The notes beneath the pieces were generated by a model that worked only from the letters and a program-made list of their open reading frames with translations, was not told the DNA's origin and did not search any database. A DNA stretch of 63,533 nt, counting the filler, from Octopus bimaculoides (lineage: Eukaryota), in NCBI RefSeq assembly GCF_001194135.2. It is 7 parts of 7 records of this genome, joined end to end, with 100 filler letters (N's around TTAATTAATTAA, not from the genome) between each part and the next. Parts side by side here need not be neighbours in the genome. Positions count along the whole stretch, not along the records: positions 11,160 to 28,761 come from NC_068989.1; 6 more parts are not named here. One strand, given 5' to 3'. Position numbers and translations under genes: made by a program. Each line of letters opens with the position of its first letter. Position 1 is the first letter of the stretch. Shown here piece after piece: positions 13,654 to 26,866 of this stretch.

Positions 13654-13999
13654 GAAGAAAGAAAGAGAGTCTGTCATAAACTGAAGCAGGCGACCCCTGG
13701 TGTTAATTGGACAGATTATCGTCGTAAAGTTGTTGGGTAGTGAAGATATTATAGAGATTAGAGGGTTTACTGAGGAACACATAGGACGGGGTGTGTATAA
13801 TGCTCTGAGTAAAAGTGTAGCGTTTATAGTAGTATATACTGGTGCATGCATGTGTGTGCGTGTGTGTGTTAATGTATACAGTGTGTATATTCTGGAGAGG
13901 AATTCTCTGACGGCTGTGTGTGGTGCATAGAGGCTGTAGAGTGCTCGATATGTAGAGTATAGGCATATGTAACGACTTGTGTGTATGTGTGTCATACAG

Positions 14000-14770
14000 T
14001 GTGTGGCTGTGTGGTAAGGAGTTTGCTTCCCAACTACATGATTCTGGGTTCAGTCCCACAGCGTGGCACCTTCGGCAAGTGTCTTCTACTGTAGCCTCGG
14101 GCCGACCAAAGCCTTGTAGGTGGATTTGGTAGACGGAAACTGAAAGAAGACGTCGTATATATAAATATATATACGTTATTANNNNNNNNNNNNNNNNNNN
14201 NNNNNNNNNNNNNNNNNNNNNNNNNNNNNNNNNNNNNNNNNNNNNNNNNNNNNNNNNNNNNNNNNNNNNNNNNNNNNNNNNNNNNNNNNNNNNNNNNNNN
14301 NNNNNNNNNNNNNNNNNNNNNNNNNNNNNNNNNNNNNNNNNNNNNNNNNNNNNNNNNNNNNNNNNNNNNNNNNNNNNNNNNNNNNNNNNNNNNNNNNNNN
14401 NNNNNNNNNNNNNNNNNNNNNNNNNNNNNNNNNNNNNNNNNNNNNNNNNNNNNNNNNNNNNNNNNNNNNNNNNNNNNNNNNNNNNNNAAACCCGTCGTAT
14501 ATGTGGGTGTGTGTGTGTCTGTCTGTCTGTCTGCGTGTGTGTGTGTGTGTGTGTGTGCGCGTGCGAGAGAGAGAGAGAGTGTGTGTATTTGTCCCCTCAC
14601 CGTCGCTTCACAACCGATGCTGGTGTGCTTATCTCCCGGTACCGTAGCGGTTCGGCAAATGAGATCGATAGAATAAGTATTAGGCCTACAAAGAATAAGT
14701 CCTGGGGTTTATTTATTCGACTAAAAGCGGTGCTCCAGCATGGCCGCAGTCAAATGACCGAAACAAATAA
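14000..14770 (+). mobile_element. tRNA-head SINE family A with internal microsatellite and gap; further partial copies near 31450-31600, 31990-32140(-), 34880-34950, 40240-40340(-), 42120-42260(-), 59975-60140
   Basis: Recurrent ggctgtgtggtaag...gcttcccaaccacatg...gggttcagtccca...ggcaccttgggcaagtgtcttct...gccttg..ggatttggtagacggaaactgaaagaa, with Pol III A/B-box-like head. Confidence 0.8.
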
Positions 14771-15271
14771 AAGAATAAAAGAACATATAACGTACATAAG
14801 GAACAAATCTCTAGATTTATGAATGTCCGCTTAACATTTACTAAAAATTAGAATATGACTGTTCACAGCGTTGTTGTTTGTCTGCATTTATTGTGAGAAC
14901 AAACGACACAGCAAATGATTTCGATGTTGCAATTGTTGTAGTAGTCAATATGGTTGCTATTGTTGTTCGTCGTTTCTTTACAGAATATTGTTGTTTGTTG
15001 TTTCTTTACAGAATTCGCTCGTTCATTGGCCGCCATAACACTTTCAGGATTTTTATCAGTCGTTTTATGCATTCTTATTCTTGTTTTAAATTTATATATG
15101 AATTTCTTCGCCTTTCAATATATTTAGTTCAATTAGGATTTTAGTTTAATTTATGTAGTTTAATTAGAACATAGTGGTGGTGGTGGTGACCAAATTGGAG
15201 ATGAAATGGTGCTGGTGATAAAATCGGCATAAAGTGACTAAATTAGGTTATTCACTCCCTGCACTATTTCT

Positions 15272-15364
<93 letters not shown>

Positions 15365-16249
15365 TAGGCATTTCTCAATGTTTCAAAACCACAAGGTGAA
15401 AGAAATTCCAGACGAAAAGTTGCTTCCAGCCACTGTAAATTCCCCCAACACGAGCCAGTTGTAGGATGTTGCTAGATTAAACGACATAGAAGAAAATGCT
15501 CTGTGAAAATATGAAATACTCTAATAGCAATTCTAAATTTTCACGAGCATTACTATTCCCTGTCAGGATTTTTTTTCACTCTATAAATTGATTACTAAAC
15601 CCGCAAAGGAATAAAATTTAATGCAGATTATGTGTACTCAGATTTATAATTATAAGCATATGCACATACATAAAGAAAAACATACATACAAACATAAGCA
15701 CATACATACTTATCTATTCCATATCCGTATTTACATTTATACCTATAATAATTAGAGTACTTAGTTTTGTAAATAAATGCCCAACTATCAGTCTGGATAA
15801 ATTTGGATTTTCAGAAACAGAAGTCAACCAACTGACACGCACATTACAAATACAATCTGTAAGTGGAACAGTAAAACTATGCAAGATTTTTCTCAGGTTA
15901 AAGATATGACATTGTTTTCATTATCTGTATTCCAACGATAGAGCTATGTATCTTTGTTACAAACCAGCCTCTTCAAAGGAAGAATTTAAGTAATTAAAAT
16001 CAGAAGAGAATCATATACATATACGCAAACTACATACTTATATATATATAGTCACATACATACATGCATACATACATACATACATCTGCTACTATGATAA
16101 TCTGCAACATCTTAAATTTAAAGGACGATGGTAAAATCAAGATACTTTCCTTCACAACCTAGCTACCGAGGAGGTGGTCGGTCATAATTAATTCTAAATT
16201 AAAAAGAGAAAGAGAACATACATACATTCCAAAGGAGCGCTGGTAAATT

Positions 16250-16640
16250 TTATTTACCAGAACATCGAAAATGGACCAATTCACTGAGACAGTAGTCCAT
16301 AGGTACTTGGCACGGAATATCGAAACCATAGAGTGAAAAAATCATTTCAAAACCTTGGCATGGAATACCGACAACTTTATGACTTCCCGCTTTGAAAGAA
16401 TCATTCATACAATTCAAGAGCAAAAGAATCCAGCCAAGTTTGAAATCATTGAATGTAGGCTGTGCAAAAGAAAAACTGAAGACATCGACCACATTATTGC
16501 CAACTGCAATGGAATGTCTTTCACATGTTATTATCCAATGAGGCATGAGTCAATGGCTAGAACATTTGGGAACAGAATAACAAAAATGGAAATACTAACA
16601 TTCATTCTTAATAAAATGCTCATGTATTGTTTATAACAAA
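16250..16640 (+). mobile_element. R4/Dong-type (RLE-bearing) LINE C-terminal fragment
   Basis: CRLCKRKTEDIDHIIANCNGMSFTCYYPMRH matches the CCHC knuckle and RH motif that precede the restriction-like endonuclease. Confidence 0.7.
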
Positions 16641-16835
16641 AAAAAAAAAATGAGAAGCTGCACATATAACACATATCTTAGAAGCAGCGCTACAGGTATA
16701 TCAACACACACGAGATTGAAACATCGCCGACCTCACACACTTCTCATGAGGAATTCCGGAAGGTGCTTTGTGAGACCGCTACTACGTCACTTCCGGAAAA
16801 AAGAGAAGCCGTTAGTAAACAGTTTATAGCATAGA

Positions 16836-16890
16836 CTCCATCTAAGAAGATCTGAAGAAGGAATTGTATTCCGAAATATCATCGGACTAT
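16836..16890 (+). ncRNA. Near-complete minimal hammerhead-ribozyme-like motif
   Basis: CTGAAGA (16852-58), extra A, helix II ggaat-tgt-attcc, GAAA (16873-76), ATC site (16881-83). Helix I is disrupted by a local duplication (atctaagaag/atctgaagaag). Confidence 0.5.
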
Positions 16891-18244
16891 AGATAACTAA
16901 ATTACAACAAGTATATAGTCTATTTTTTTGTATTATAGTGCATATCGGTGGAAATGAAGACAGCGCTCAAACGAAAGCACGGCAGACCAGATATGGTTGC
17001 GTGGGACTACAAAAAAAATGTGCTCTGCTGTGGTAATAAATAACCATCTGGATACCAATACAGTCAGAAAAATATACAAAAAAAAAATATCTATAGACCG
17101 TTAATGGAGTACTCACGATACACCTTCGGTTTCATACATATTAAAGTTGGAACAACAGGATACGTACAAACCCGCCTGGAGCTAACCATGACTGAATTTC
17201 GGTTCGCGGGGAGAAAAATACAGCTCCTTAATTCATACGTTAAAAACGATTACAAAACATTATATCTAGGACAATAAAAATCTGTTAAAACTTCTGAAGA
17301 TTTAGAAGTTCTGAAGGATGGTGGACAAAAAAAAACAGAAAAAAGCCGCTTTTTCTTACAACGCTGCTGCCAAACCAATAACCGACCAAAATTTACTCTA
17401 AATTAGAAAGAGGAAAAGATATAACACTAGAGTAAGCCAATTAACTTACACATAAATATTTGGAGATTATTCTGAAAATTAAATACTCCGAAAATACTTC
17501 AGAGTGAGATATTTTTTTTTATTATATAGATACCACACACACACACNNNNNNNNNNNNNNNNNNNNNNNNNNNNNNNNNNNNNNNNNNNNNNNNNNNNNN
17601 NNNNNNNNNNNNNNNNNNNNNNNNNNNNNNNNNNNNNNNNNNNNNNNNNNNNNNNNNNNNNNNNNNNNNNNNNNNNNNNNNNNNNNNNNNNNNNNNNNNN
17701 NNNNNNNNNNNNNNNNNNNNNNNNNNNNNNNNNNNNNNNNNNNNNNNNNNNNNNNNNNNNNNNNNNNNNNNNNNNNNNNNNNNNNNNNNNNNNNNNNNNN
17801 NNNNNNNNNNNNNNNNNNNNNNNNNNNNNNNNNNNNNNNNNNNNNNNNNNNNNNNNNNNNNNNNNNNNNNNNNNNNNNNNNNNNNNNNNNNNNNNNNNNN
17901 NNNNNNNNNNNNNNNNNNNNNNNNNNNNNNNNNNNNNNNNNNNNNNNNNNNNNNNNNNNNNNNNNNNNNNNNNNNNNNNNNNNNNNNNNNNNNNNNNNNN
18001 NNNNNNNNNNNNNNNNNNNNNNNNNNNNNNNNNNNNNNNNNNNNNNNNNNNNNNNNNNNNNNNNNNNNNNNNNNNNNNNNNNNNNNNNNNNNNNNNNNNN
18101 NNNNNNNNNNNNNNNNNNNNNNNNNNNNNNNNNNNNNNNNNNNNNNNNNNNNNNNNNNNNNNNNNNNNNNNNNNNNNNNNNNNNNNNNNNNNNNNNNNNN
18201 NNNNNNNNNNNNNNNNNNNNNNNNNNNNNNNNNNNNNNNNNNNN

Positions 18245-18290
<46 letters not shown>

Positions 18291-19125
18291 CATATATGGA
18301 ATGCAGGCATTCCAGTTTGAGAAGTTTAAGCTTCCTCGCAAAGTGTAAAGAACTGTAAAGAATTATTATATGGGCTGAAGAATTTCGGATTATATTGAAT
18401 GCATTCATATTATTTGTAACAAGAACTATAAAACTCTCGTTTCATTATATGATGCAAGCAAACCAGAAAAATATATCCTGTGAACCACATGTGATATGTA
18501 GGACTTGCAAAAGGTTCAGAAGACAGATTATACTAGTACAGAGGTTTACTATTTATTTCTAGCACCAGATATGATTACATTGAAACATATTCTTTGGCTC
18601 GTAATATAGAATATTACAGTGCAGCCCATGCGTTTCCGAAGTGATCACACATCTAACTGATAATGAATCTTGTTGCTTACTCCGATATTCAAAAGAGAGC
18701 CGTCGCGATTTGGCCCTAGTGTAGCAACCACTCCTGTAGCCGGTACACGATGGATAGATTCGTGGCATTATTTGTTTGAATGCAAAAATTACTAGTCGTC
18801 GGAGAAAGTGGACATCTTAAAAATTTTCTTAAACAGCCAACCAAATGTTTGTAGTGAAATTTTTTTCCGGCTTCTGAGAAACAGATAATTTCTTTCAATA
18901 CCTAGATGCTACTGAATTATTCAAAAACGGAAACCTTTAACTGTTCGTTATCTTTCCTTCTCTTTCCGTTTCCCTCTCGTCTTTTTAGCTGTTATGCTTT
19001 TATTTTTCGTTTATTATTTTGTATAAGTGTTACATTCCTAAGTTTGTTAAAGCTTGCCAGTTTTACACGAGCGATTAAACTAAGTATTAGATAAATAAAT
19101 TAGTAACACCGACATATACATACAT

Positions 19126-19201
<76 letters not shown>

Positions 19202-19256
19202 GGATAGGAACAGAGAGATGACACTGGAAAACAAAGGTTATGTTATAAGCTTCTTT

Positions 19257-19470
19257 AGCTTACAACTGCGTCTGCAATAATATGTGGTGAAATGTTAGTT
19301 CAGTCCATGCGTAACATCCTGTAGCTTCATCAGAGCCTTGCATATGAAGCACACTTTGGGAAAGCTACATTTTCAGATCATATAGATGTTAGGAGTGAGA
19401 AAGTTAATGTTGATGCCTATCGACACACCTAAAAGTCCACCACATCTCATAACAGAAATAGTTGTAAGCT
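19257..19470. ncRNA. Two decayed hammerhead-like motifs of one family in inverted arrangement (19257-19337 minus; ~19338-19470 plus)
   Basis: Minus: ggct-CTGATGA-agc...gca-GACG-cagttg-TA-agct (GAAA mutated). Plus: catATGAagc...aca-GAAA-tagttg-TA-agct (5' core mutated). Confidence 0.45.
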
Positions 19471-19627
19471 AATGAAGTTCATAAGCATAACCTTCGCTTT
19501 TTCTCCGGTGTCATCTCTTTGTTCCGATTATCACGCTATGCTCATTGTGTTCTGGTTCATATGTATATTGAGTTCTACACCAGGTTATTAGTTTCGCTAT
19601 GCCTAAGTGAAATATTAAAGGACATAT

Positions 19628-19668
<41 letters not shown>

Positions 19669-19994
19669 CATATATATAGAAATATTAACGTTCATTATGT
19701 ACTTCATATGCTATAATTAAACACGTGTAAGATGGAATTAAAATTATGCCTAATTTTCCAGTATATATACAGATATTTGGAGAAAAGATTTTTTTCTCAA
19801 AAAGTTAAGATTGAAAAACGTTATGAACTGAAAGCACTTGCACATCTATAGAAGAAAAAGCCACACACGTTTTGTGAAATCTCTTCCCAAAAGTTAGTGT
19901 TTTTCGACTTTCTATTTCTAAAAAGGTTCTTTTCTCAATCTTAACTCTTTGAGAAAAAAAATCTTCTCTCCAAATATATACATACATACATACA

Positions 19995-20071
<77 letters not shown>

Positions 20072-20732
20072 TTCACAATTAAATATGCATATATATACTG
20101 GAAGATTTGGCATAGTTTTAATTCCATGTTAACCGTGTTTCATTATAGCATATGAAGTACATAACGAACAGTAATATTTCTATTTATAGTAGTATTATAA
20201 ATATAATAAATATACTAAATTCTTTGTACACACACACATATACAGGTGAGCATATAAATGCAAAACAAGGTGGAATAAATAGTATTAGAATACCAAATGT
20301 AGAGTAATACACTTTTCATTAAAGCTGCAAAATTATCACAGAAATGTTACTAGGAGTTCCACATTCCCGTTCGTCGGATAGTTGTGATGAAAACTCATAT
20401 TAATATGTAGTAAATATGTGTGGGATCGCTTATTTATAATTCCTGAGACAAAGATTCAAAAATTATTATTTTTACGTATTTATATTCATAGTCTATTTCA
20501 CAGACATACTGTAATGAAACACGTATACCATGGAATTAAAAATATATCAAATTTTCCGGTCTTTATTTCAATATATATTTACCCCGCACATATGAGTCAT
20601 TAGAACTTTCAAATATAATGTATGATTCACGTAAATAAAACATCTATATACATATATTTGAATACTAAAAGGTGGAGATGTGCTTCACGGGGACACAGCT
20701 TCAATTACGACACCTTCTATACACCATAAATA

Positions 20733-20776
<44 letters not shown>

Positions 20777-21050
20777 TGTGTGTGTGTACATATATACGTA
20801 TAATCACATACAAATATAAATATATATACATGTCTTTGTACATGTATCCTGTCCAATATGCTGTATAGATTAACTATACACCCACTATGAATATAAAGAG
20901 ACAGGTGTCCTACATGTAAGCTTGTATTTAACATTACGATAATACTTTAACACATTGTCTGTGATTATATCTATTTGGAATGTATATATGCTTCTATGCA
21001 TATACATGCGTGCTTGCCTGCTTTTATGTATGTATGTATGTATGTATGTA

Positions 21051-21089
<39 letters not shown>

Positions 21090-21583
21090 NNNNNNNNNNN
21101 NNNNNNNNNNNNNNNNNNNNNNNNNNNNNNNNNNNNNNNNNNNNNNNNNNNNNNNNNNNNNNNNNNNNNNNNNNNNNNNNNNNNNNNNNNNNNNNNNNNN
21201 NNNNNNNNNNNNNNNNNNNNNNNNNNNNNNNNNNNNNNNNNNNNNNNNNNNNNNNNNNNNNNNNNNNNNNNNNNNNNNNNNNNNNNNNNNNNNNNNNNNN
21301 NNNNNNNNNNNNNNNNNNNNNNNNNNNNNNNNNNNNNNNNNNNNNNNNNNNNNNNNNNNNNNNNNNNNNNNNNNNNNNNNNNNNNNNNNNNNNNNNNNNN
21401 NNNNNNNNNNNNNNNNNNNNNNNNNNNNNNNNNNNNNNNNNNNNNNNNNNNNNNNNNNNNNNNNNNNNNNNNNNNNNNNNNNNNNNNNNNNNNNNNNNNN
21501 NNNNNNNNNNNNNNNNNNNNNNNNNNNNNNNNNNNNNNNNNNNNNNNNNNNNNNNNNNNNNNNNNNNNNNNNNNNNNNNNNNN

Positions 21584-21662
<79 letters not shown>

Positions 21663-22726
21663 ATATATGTATACACATATATACATGTGCGTGTTTGTGA
21701 GAGCGTGCGTTTGTTTGGTTGTATGTCTGTTAAGTGTAAATATTCAACACTAAATCTGTATACCACCATAATCCGTTTCCAATGTCTTCTGCGAGAAGTG
21801 ACGCCTTCATTTCCATTATTTAGACGCAAGCCTGTTTGCAATGACAGGAGCCTAAAATGACGTTTGAAAATATTGCTTTGAAGCTAAGAGAACACTGAAT
21901 ATTAATGCTTAGCTATTATATAATAAATCTTTCGGCGATTGTTTCAAATCTACTGACAATATAATAATAGTATTCATGATGATATGCAATAAAGAGAAAC
22001 AAACTGCGTTTAAAATGTAATAAGAAAGAAAAACAACAACAAACACAAGAATAAATTCTAGCCTCGATTTCGACAAATAGCAGTTCTTTTTGTTCAGAAC
22101 AACGTAATTATTTTACTATTGCGCATGGCAAACACATAAGTACTCGGGACATGGTGACGAGCTGGCAGAAGTGTTAGTATACCTGCCAAATGCTTAGCAG
22201 GGTCCGTTCTTTACGTTCTGTGTTCAAATTTAGCATAAGTTGACTTTAAATTTCATTCTCTCTGAGACAACCCCAGCTGTCTCGACACAAAACATCGTTT
22301 ATTGTCATCCAATCCGTGAACGCGATTCGATCATGTGATGTTGATTATTTACGCTTACGTCGATTCGTCCGGAGAAGAAAAAAAACACATTATGGTGACA
22401 TAGACATACATCGATCATTGTAGTGGATTGAATCTTTTCACCTTAGCACACTTACCGTGGTACAGACAGTTCATTTTTGCCTCGTGGGCAAATTGAAGCT
22501 AGAATTCGCCACTTCGCACTTCAGTTTCCAGTTGTTGCAATATTTATTTCATTCCTATATAAAGTTATATTCTGAGTACAATATTATTCATCTTACTTTA
22601 TAACACTTTCGCGGTCGATCAAATAAGTGCCAGTAGAGCACTGGGATCGATGGAATCGACTTACCTCTTCCCTGCAATTGCTAACCTTCCGTCAAAATTT
22701 GAGACTAATATAATCGTCGGGAAGGA

Positions 22727-22995
22727 GGCGAGCTGGCAGAAACGTCAGCACGCCGGGCGAAATGCTTAGCGGTGTTTCGTCTGCCGTTACGTTCTGAGTT
22801 CAAATTCCGCCGAGGTCGACTTTGCCTTTCATCCTTTCGGGGATCGATTAAATAAGTACCAGCTACGCACTGGAGTCGATATAATCGACTTAATCCTTTT
22901 GTCTGTCCTTGTTTGTCCCCTCTGTGTGCAGGCCCTTTTGGGCAGTAAAGATGTAAGAAACGTTAGCACGCCGGGCGAAATGCTTAGCGGTATTT
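22727..22995 (+). mobile_element. tRNA-derived SINE family B; other copies at ~51323-51760, 57349-57457(-), and decayed at 22150-22265, 33470-33660
   Basis: ggcgagctggcagaaacgt.agcacgccgggcgaaatgcttagcgg...gagttcaaattccgccgaggtcgactttgcctttcatcctttc recurs nearly identically. Confidence 0.85.
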
Positions 22996-23427
22996 AGCAA
23001 TTTGTTGAAACAAATTGTTAAAGGGACACACAATAATGAGCTGGAGAAGTAGACATGCAATGTAAGGTTGGGCGAACGGAATGCACATTGCAACTCCGAA
23101 CGACGGGGTGGACATTTTAGGGCCGGAAGGTGAGGGCGTACATTGTCGAGAGCTGGGAGCGAAGTGGATGCACATTCTAGTGCTAAAAGAAAGTGGTGCA
23201 CACAGTAAGGCCATTAGGGGATCAATATGAATTATCCTCGGGATGAGGAAGGTATCATTGTAGAGGTGACCTACAGCACTGAATATCCCGTTACTGGGTT
23301 TCGAAATTACCGTTTCATTTAAGTGTCTCAGGGTTGTGGGGAAATGTGCTACGATGTAGGATCGAACTTTAAATCTTGCAAATGAGGAGAGATCGTCTTA
23401 TGCATACATACGCACATACATACATAT

Positions 23428-23464
<37 letters not shown>

Positions 23465-23823
23465 GAACACAATAAACATACATTCATACAAACGAATAAT
23501 GCTTTTCAAAATTATGACGTCGATTGAAGAACATTTCCGTTGCATATCTCCAAGACAACGATCAATGAAAATTCGATGTGATTGTCTATGTGTATTTCTG
23601 TGTTTGTCTATGTGTATATGCGTGTGCGTGCGTATATAATACATAAATGCGTGCATACATACACCCTACATACATACAGATGAGCATGCATACATATACA
23701 CATCTACTATTGCTGTGTCTGATATACAGCTGCGGTTTTATGTATACGTACATGCAATAAAAACATCATTCATGCATGTAAGCATACATATATACATTTA
23801 CACACGTACACGCACAAAAGCAT

Positions 23824-23865
<42 letters not shown>

Positions 23866-24967
23866 ACTGTATGTATGTGTATATGTATATTCCTCTATCG
23901 TTTTTCATTTTAAGACAGTCATTATTTCTTATATATATAAATGTGTGCGAGCGTGTGTCCATGCATATACATATTTATACAAACACACAGACGTATATAA
24001 AGATACTACACACATGCATGTGTATGTACGTATGTATTAGATCAACTCCCAAGGATATCACTTGATATACGTATATGCATAGCACATATGTGGAGCCAGT
24101 CATAAGGAATTCGAGGTTAGCAATACACCCAGAAATCCATTTTATTATCTGCTTAATATCATTGTACAGTAGGGGCAGAATATCGCATCATAAACCTATT
24201 GATATCACCATTTTACAATATTTATCTAAGTATTTAATAGAGGAAGTATAATGAATACCATAATACGGTGTTTTTTATGGTCACCATAAAGCTATCACCG
24301 TCATTCGTAAGCAGCGATTAAAGTACATGGAACTATGTACATAAAAGTATATATATATANNNNNNNNNNNNNNNNNNNNNNNNNNNNNNNNNNNNNNNNN
24401 NNNNNNNNNNNNNNNNNNNNNNNNNNNNNNNNNNNNNNNNNNNNNNNNNNNNNNNNNNNNNNNNNNNNNNNNNNNNNNNNNNNNNNNNNNNNNNNNNNNN
24501 NNNNNNNNNNNNNNNNNNNNNNNNNNNNNNNNNNNNNNNNNNNNNNNNNNNNNNNNNNNNNNNNNNNNNNNNNNNNNNNNNNNNNNNNNNNNNNNNNNNN
24601 NNNNNNNNNNNNNNNNNNNNNNNNNNNNNNNNNNNNNNNNNNNNNNNNNNNNNNNNNNNNNNNNNNNNNNNNNNNNNNNNNNNNNNNNNNNNNNNNNNNN
24701 NNNNNNNNNNNNNNNNNNNNNNNNNNNNNNNNNNNNNNNNNNNNNNNNNNNNNNNNNNNNNNNNNNNNNNNNNNNNNNNNNNNNNNNNNNNNNNNNNNNN
24801 NNNNNNNNNNNNNNNNNNNNNNNNNNNNNNNNNNNNNNNNNNNNNNNNNNNNNNNNNNNNNNNNNNNNNNNNNNNNNNNNNNNNNNNNNNNNNNNNNNNN
24901 NNNNNNNNNNNNNNNNNNNNNNNNNNNNNNNNNNNNNNNNNNNNNNNNNNNNNNNNNNNNNNNNNNN

Positions 24968-25285
24968 ATATGTGGTGGTTGTCTACTCCTTAAACAGAGT
25001 TTGACCACCTCCTGCACCTACACCTTAGCCCTTTCATGGCGTCTGATGTGGCTTTTTAAACCAGACAGTGTTTTGAAAAAACACCCACACAGATTGCACC
25101 TCTGATTTGCACTACCAATACCTGCAAGTAAGTTCTGCTCATTGTGGATCCTAATATGTCTTTTAAGACCCCCATTGGATTTGCAAACCCTCTGGCACAC
25201 ACCACATTCAAACGTGTGCACAGACATATAATCAGAATAGCTGGATGAGGTTTGTTTTCCATGGGTTCGCAGGTGAGATTTGAGA
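24968..25285 (-). mobile_element. 3' end of an RTE-like LINE ORF with tandem C2H2 zinc fingers
   Basis: LKSHLRTH...CGVCQRVCKSNGGLKRHIRIH...CNLCGCFFKTLSGLKSHIRRHERAKV*, then a short 3' segment ending at an (AT)n tract and gap. No TGEKP linkers; the C..C...GL.SH.R.H form resembles RTE C-termini. Confidence 0.6.
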
Positions 25286-25293
25286 TACATACA

Positions 25294-25326
<33 letters not shown>

Positions 25327-25378
25327 GCGCAGACGTATATATCATATAATGTAAAATTCTCCTCGAATCACACACAAA

Positions 25379-25419
<41 letters not shown>

Positions 25420-25429
<10 letters not shown>

Positions 25430-25750
25430 ATCGCTCAGTGGTTAGAGAGTCTGTTTCACAATCATGAGGTAGTAAGTTCGATTCCCGGACCGCGTTGTAT
25501 GTTGTGTTCGTGAGCAACACACTTTATTTCCCATCGCCCCAGTTCACTAGCTGTAGAAATGACTTCCGACGTCACTGGTGCCAAGCTATATCAGCCTTTG
25601 CCTTTCCTTTGGATGGCATCGGTGGCATGGAGAGGGGAGGCTGGTCTGCATGGTCGACTACTGGTCTTTCATAACCAACCTTGCTCGGACTTGTGCCGTG
25701 GAGGGTAACTTCCTAGTGCAATTGCGTGGTTATTAATGACGAAAGGGTCT
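25420..25750 (+). mobile_element. tRNA-head SINE family C
   Basis: gctcagtggttagagag...gtaagttcgattcccggacc (A-box and B-box) followed by non-tRNA body. Confidence 0.65.
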
Positions 25751-25799
25751 TTGCCCATTTTTCATATATATATGCAGATAGATAGATAGAGAGATAGAG

Positions 25800-25854
<55 letters not shown>

Positions 25855-26209
25855 AGGATGCACAATAATGGGATGGGCGAAGGAGACGAGCATTGTACAG
25901 CTGGGTGAGCACAACAAACATTCCAAGGCCGAAATACAATTCCGCCGAGACTAACCTTGCCTTTCTTCCCTGAAGGGCTGACGTAATAACTCCCCCCTCC
26001 AGAAAAAAAATAGAATTTAAGGCATTTTGTTTATAGGAGAAAGAATTTTTTAAAGCTTGCGGATATCTGAGGTTACAAGTAGTACATGCTAACCGCATAA
26101 ATTCTACCAGTAATAACACCTGGTATAATACCAGAAATAACCCTGAATAAATTTGAATAATTATAGATTCTTCCGTCGAAGACGGCGTGTGAGCGTCCCG
26201 CTTTTGCCG

Positions 26210-26460
26210 AACGACCTGCACAAATGAGTCGTTTATCGTGATCAAATATTCGTGCTGCACATTACCTCACTCTCTCCATGAAATCGACGTTGTCTGAACA
26301 GGTGCACAAGTGTACAAAGTGTCAGATGTCGAAGTGATCGCAGACCAACGTGAGATGAAGTGTTTTGCTCAAGAACAAAACGCACCACCCGGTCTAGGAA
26401 TTGAAATCACGATCGCTAGATCGTGAGTACAACACCCTAAACACTAAGCCGTGCGCCGAT
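26210..26460 (-). mobile_element. tRNA-head SINE family D; related plus-strand copy at ~48805-49010
   Basis: Both copies share cttgagcaa.acacttcatctcac.ttg...acttc.acatctga...taatgtgcagc.c.aatattt; tRNA-like head ggcttagtgtttagggtg. Confidence 0.6.
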
Positions 26461-26735
26461 TAATAACAACAATACTAATAATAATACATACCGACCGACA
26501 GACAGACAGACAGGAAAAAGCATTACTAATGAGAAACCAAACTCGTACTCTTTATCAAAATCTGGCTACAACCTATCATTATAGACACACTTTGAAATTA
26601 ATCTTATCCTATTTATGAGAGCAGTCCCTGATTTTCATCTTTCTCGTACGTGTTTGTTTTCTCATTGGTAATGCGTTTCCTGTATATATGTATGAATGTC
26701 ATTCTTTTCCCAAATAAATTCCACTTCATATCCGA

Positions 26736-26790
26736 GGCTCCAGGGAAGCTGTGGGCCCCCTGCATTTTGTAGCAGAAACAGCTGTAAGCT
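26736..26790 (+). ncRNA. Decayed hammerhead-like motif, same family as 19257-19470
   Basis: ggct-[CCAGGGA for CTGANGA]-agc...gca-GAAA-cagctg-TA-agct; perfect palindromic helix III ACAGCTGT; helix I ggct/agct. Confidence 0.45.
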
Positions 26791-26835
26791 AATGAAACCC
26801 ATAAGATAATCGCTTATTCCTTTGTCATCTCATTG

Positions 26836-26866
<31 letters not shown>

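Noticed and set aside
22727-22810. tRNA genes at SINE heads (also 14000, 25420, 26400, 59975)
   Set aside because: A/B boxes only; no cloverleaf, and each continues into a repeated SINE body.
25018-25314. Host C2H2 zinc-finger transcription factor gene
   Set aside because: No TGEKP linkers or splice signals; motif style and microsatellite flanks fit a LINE tail better.
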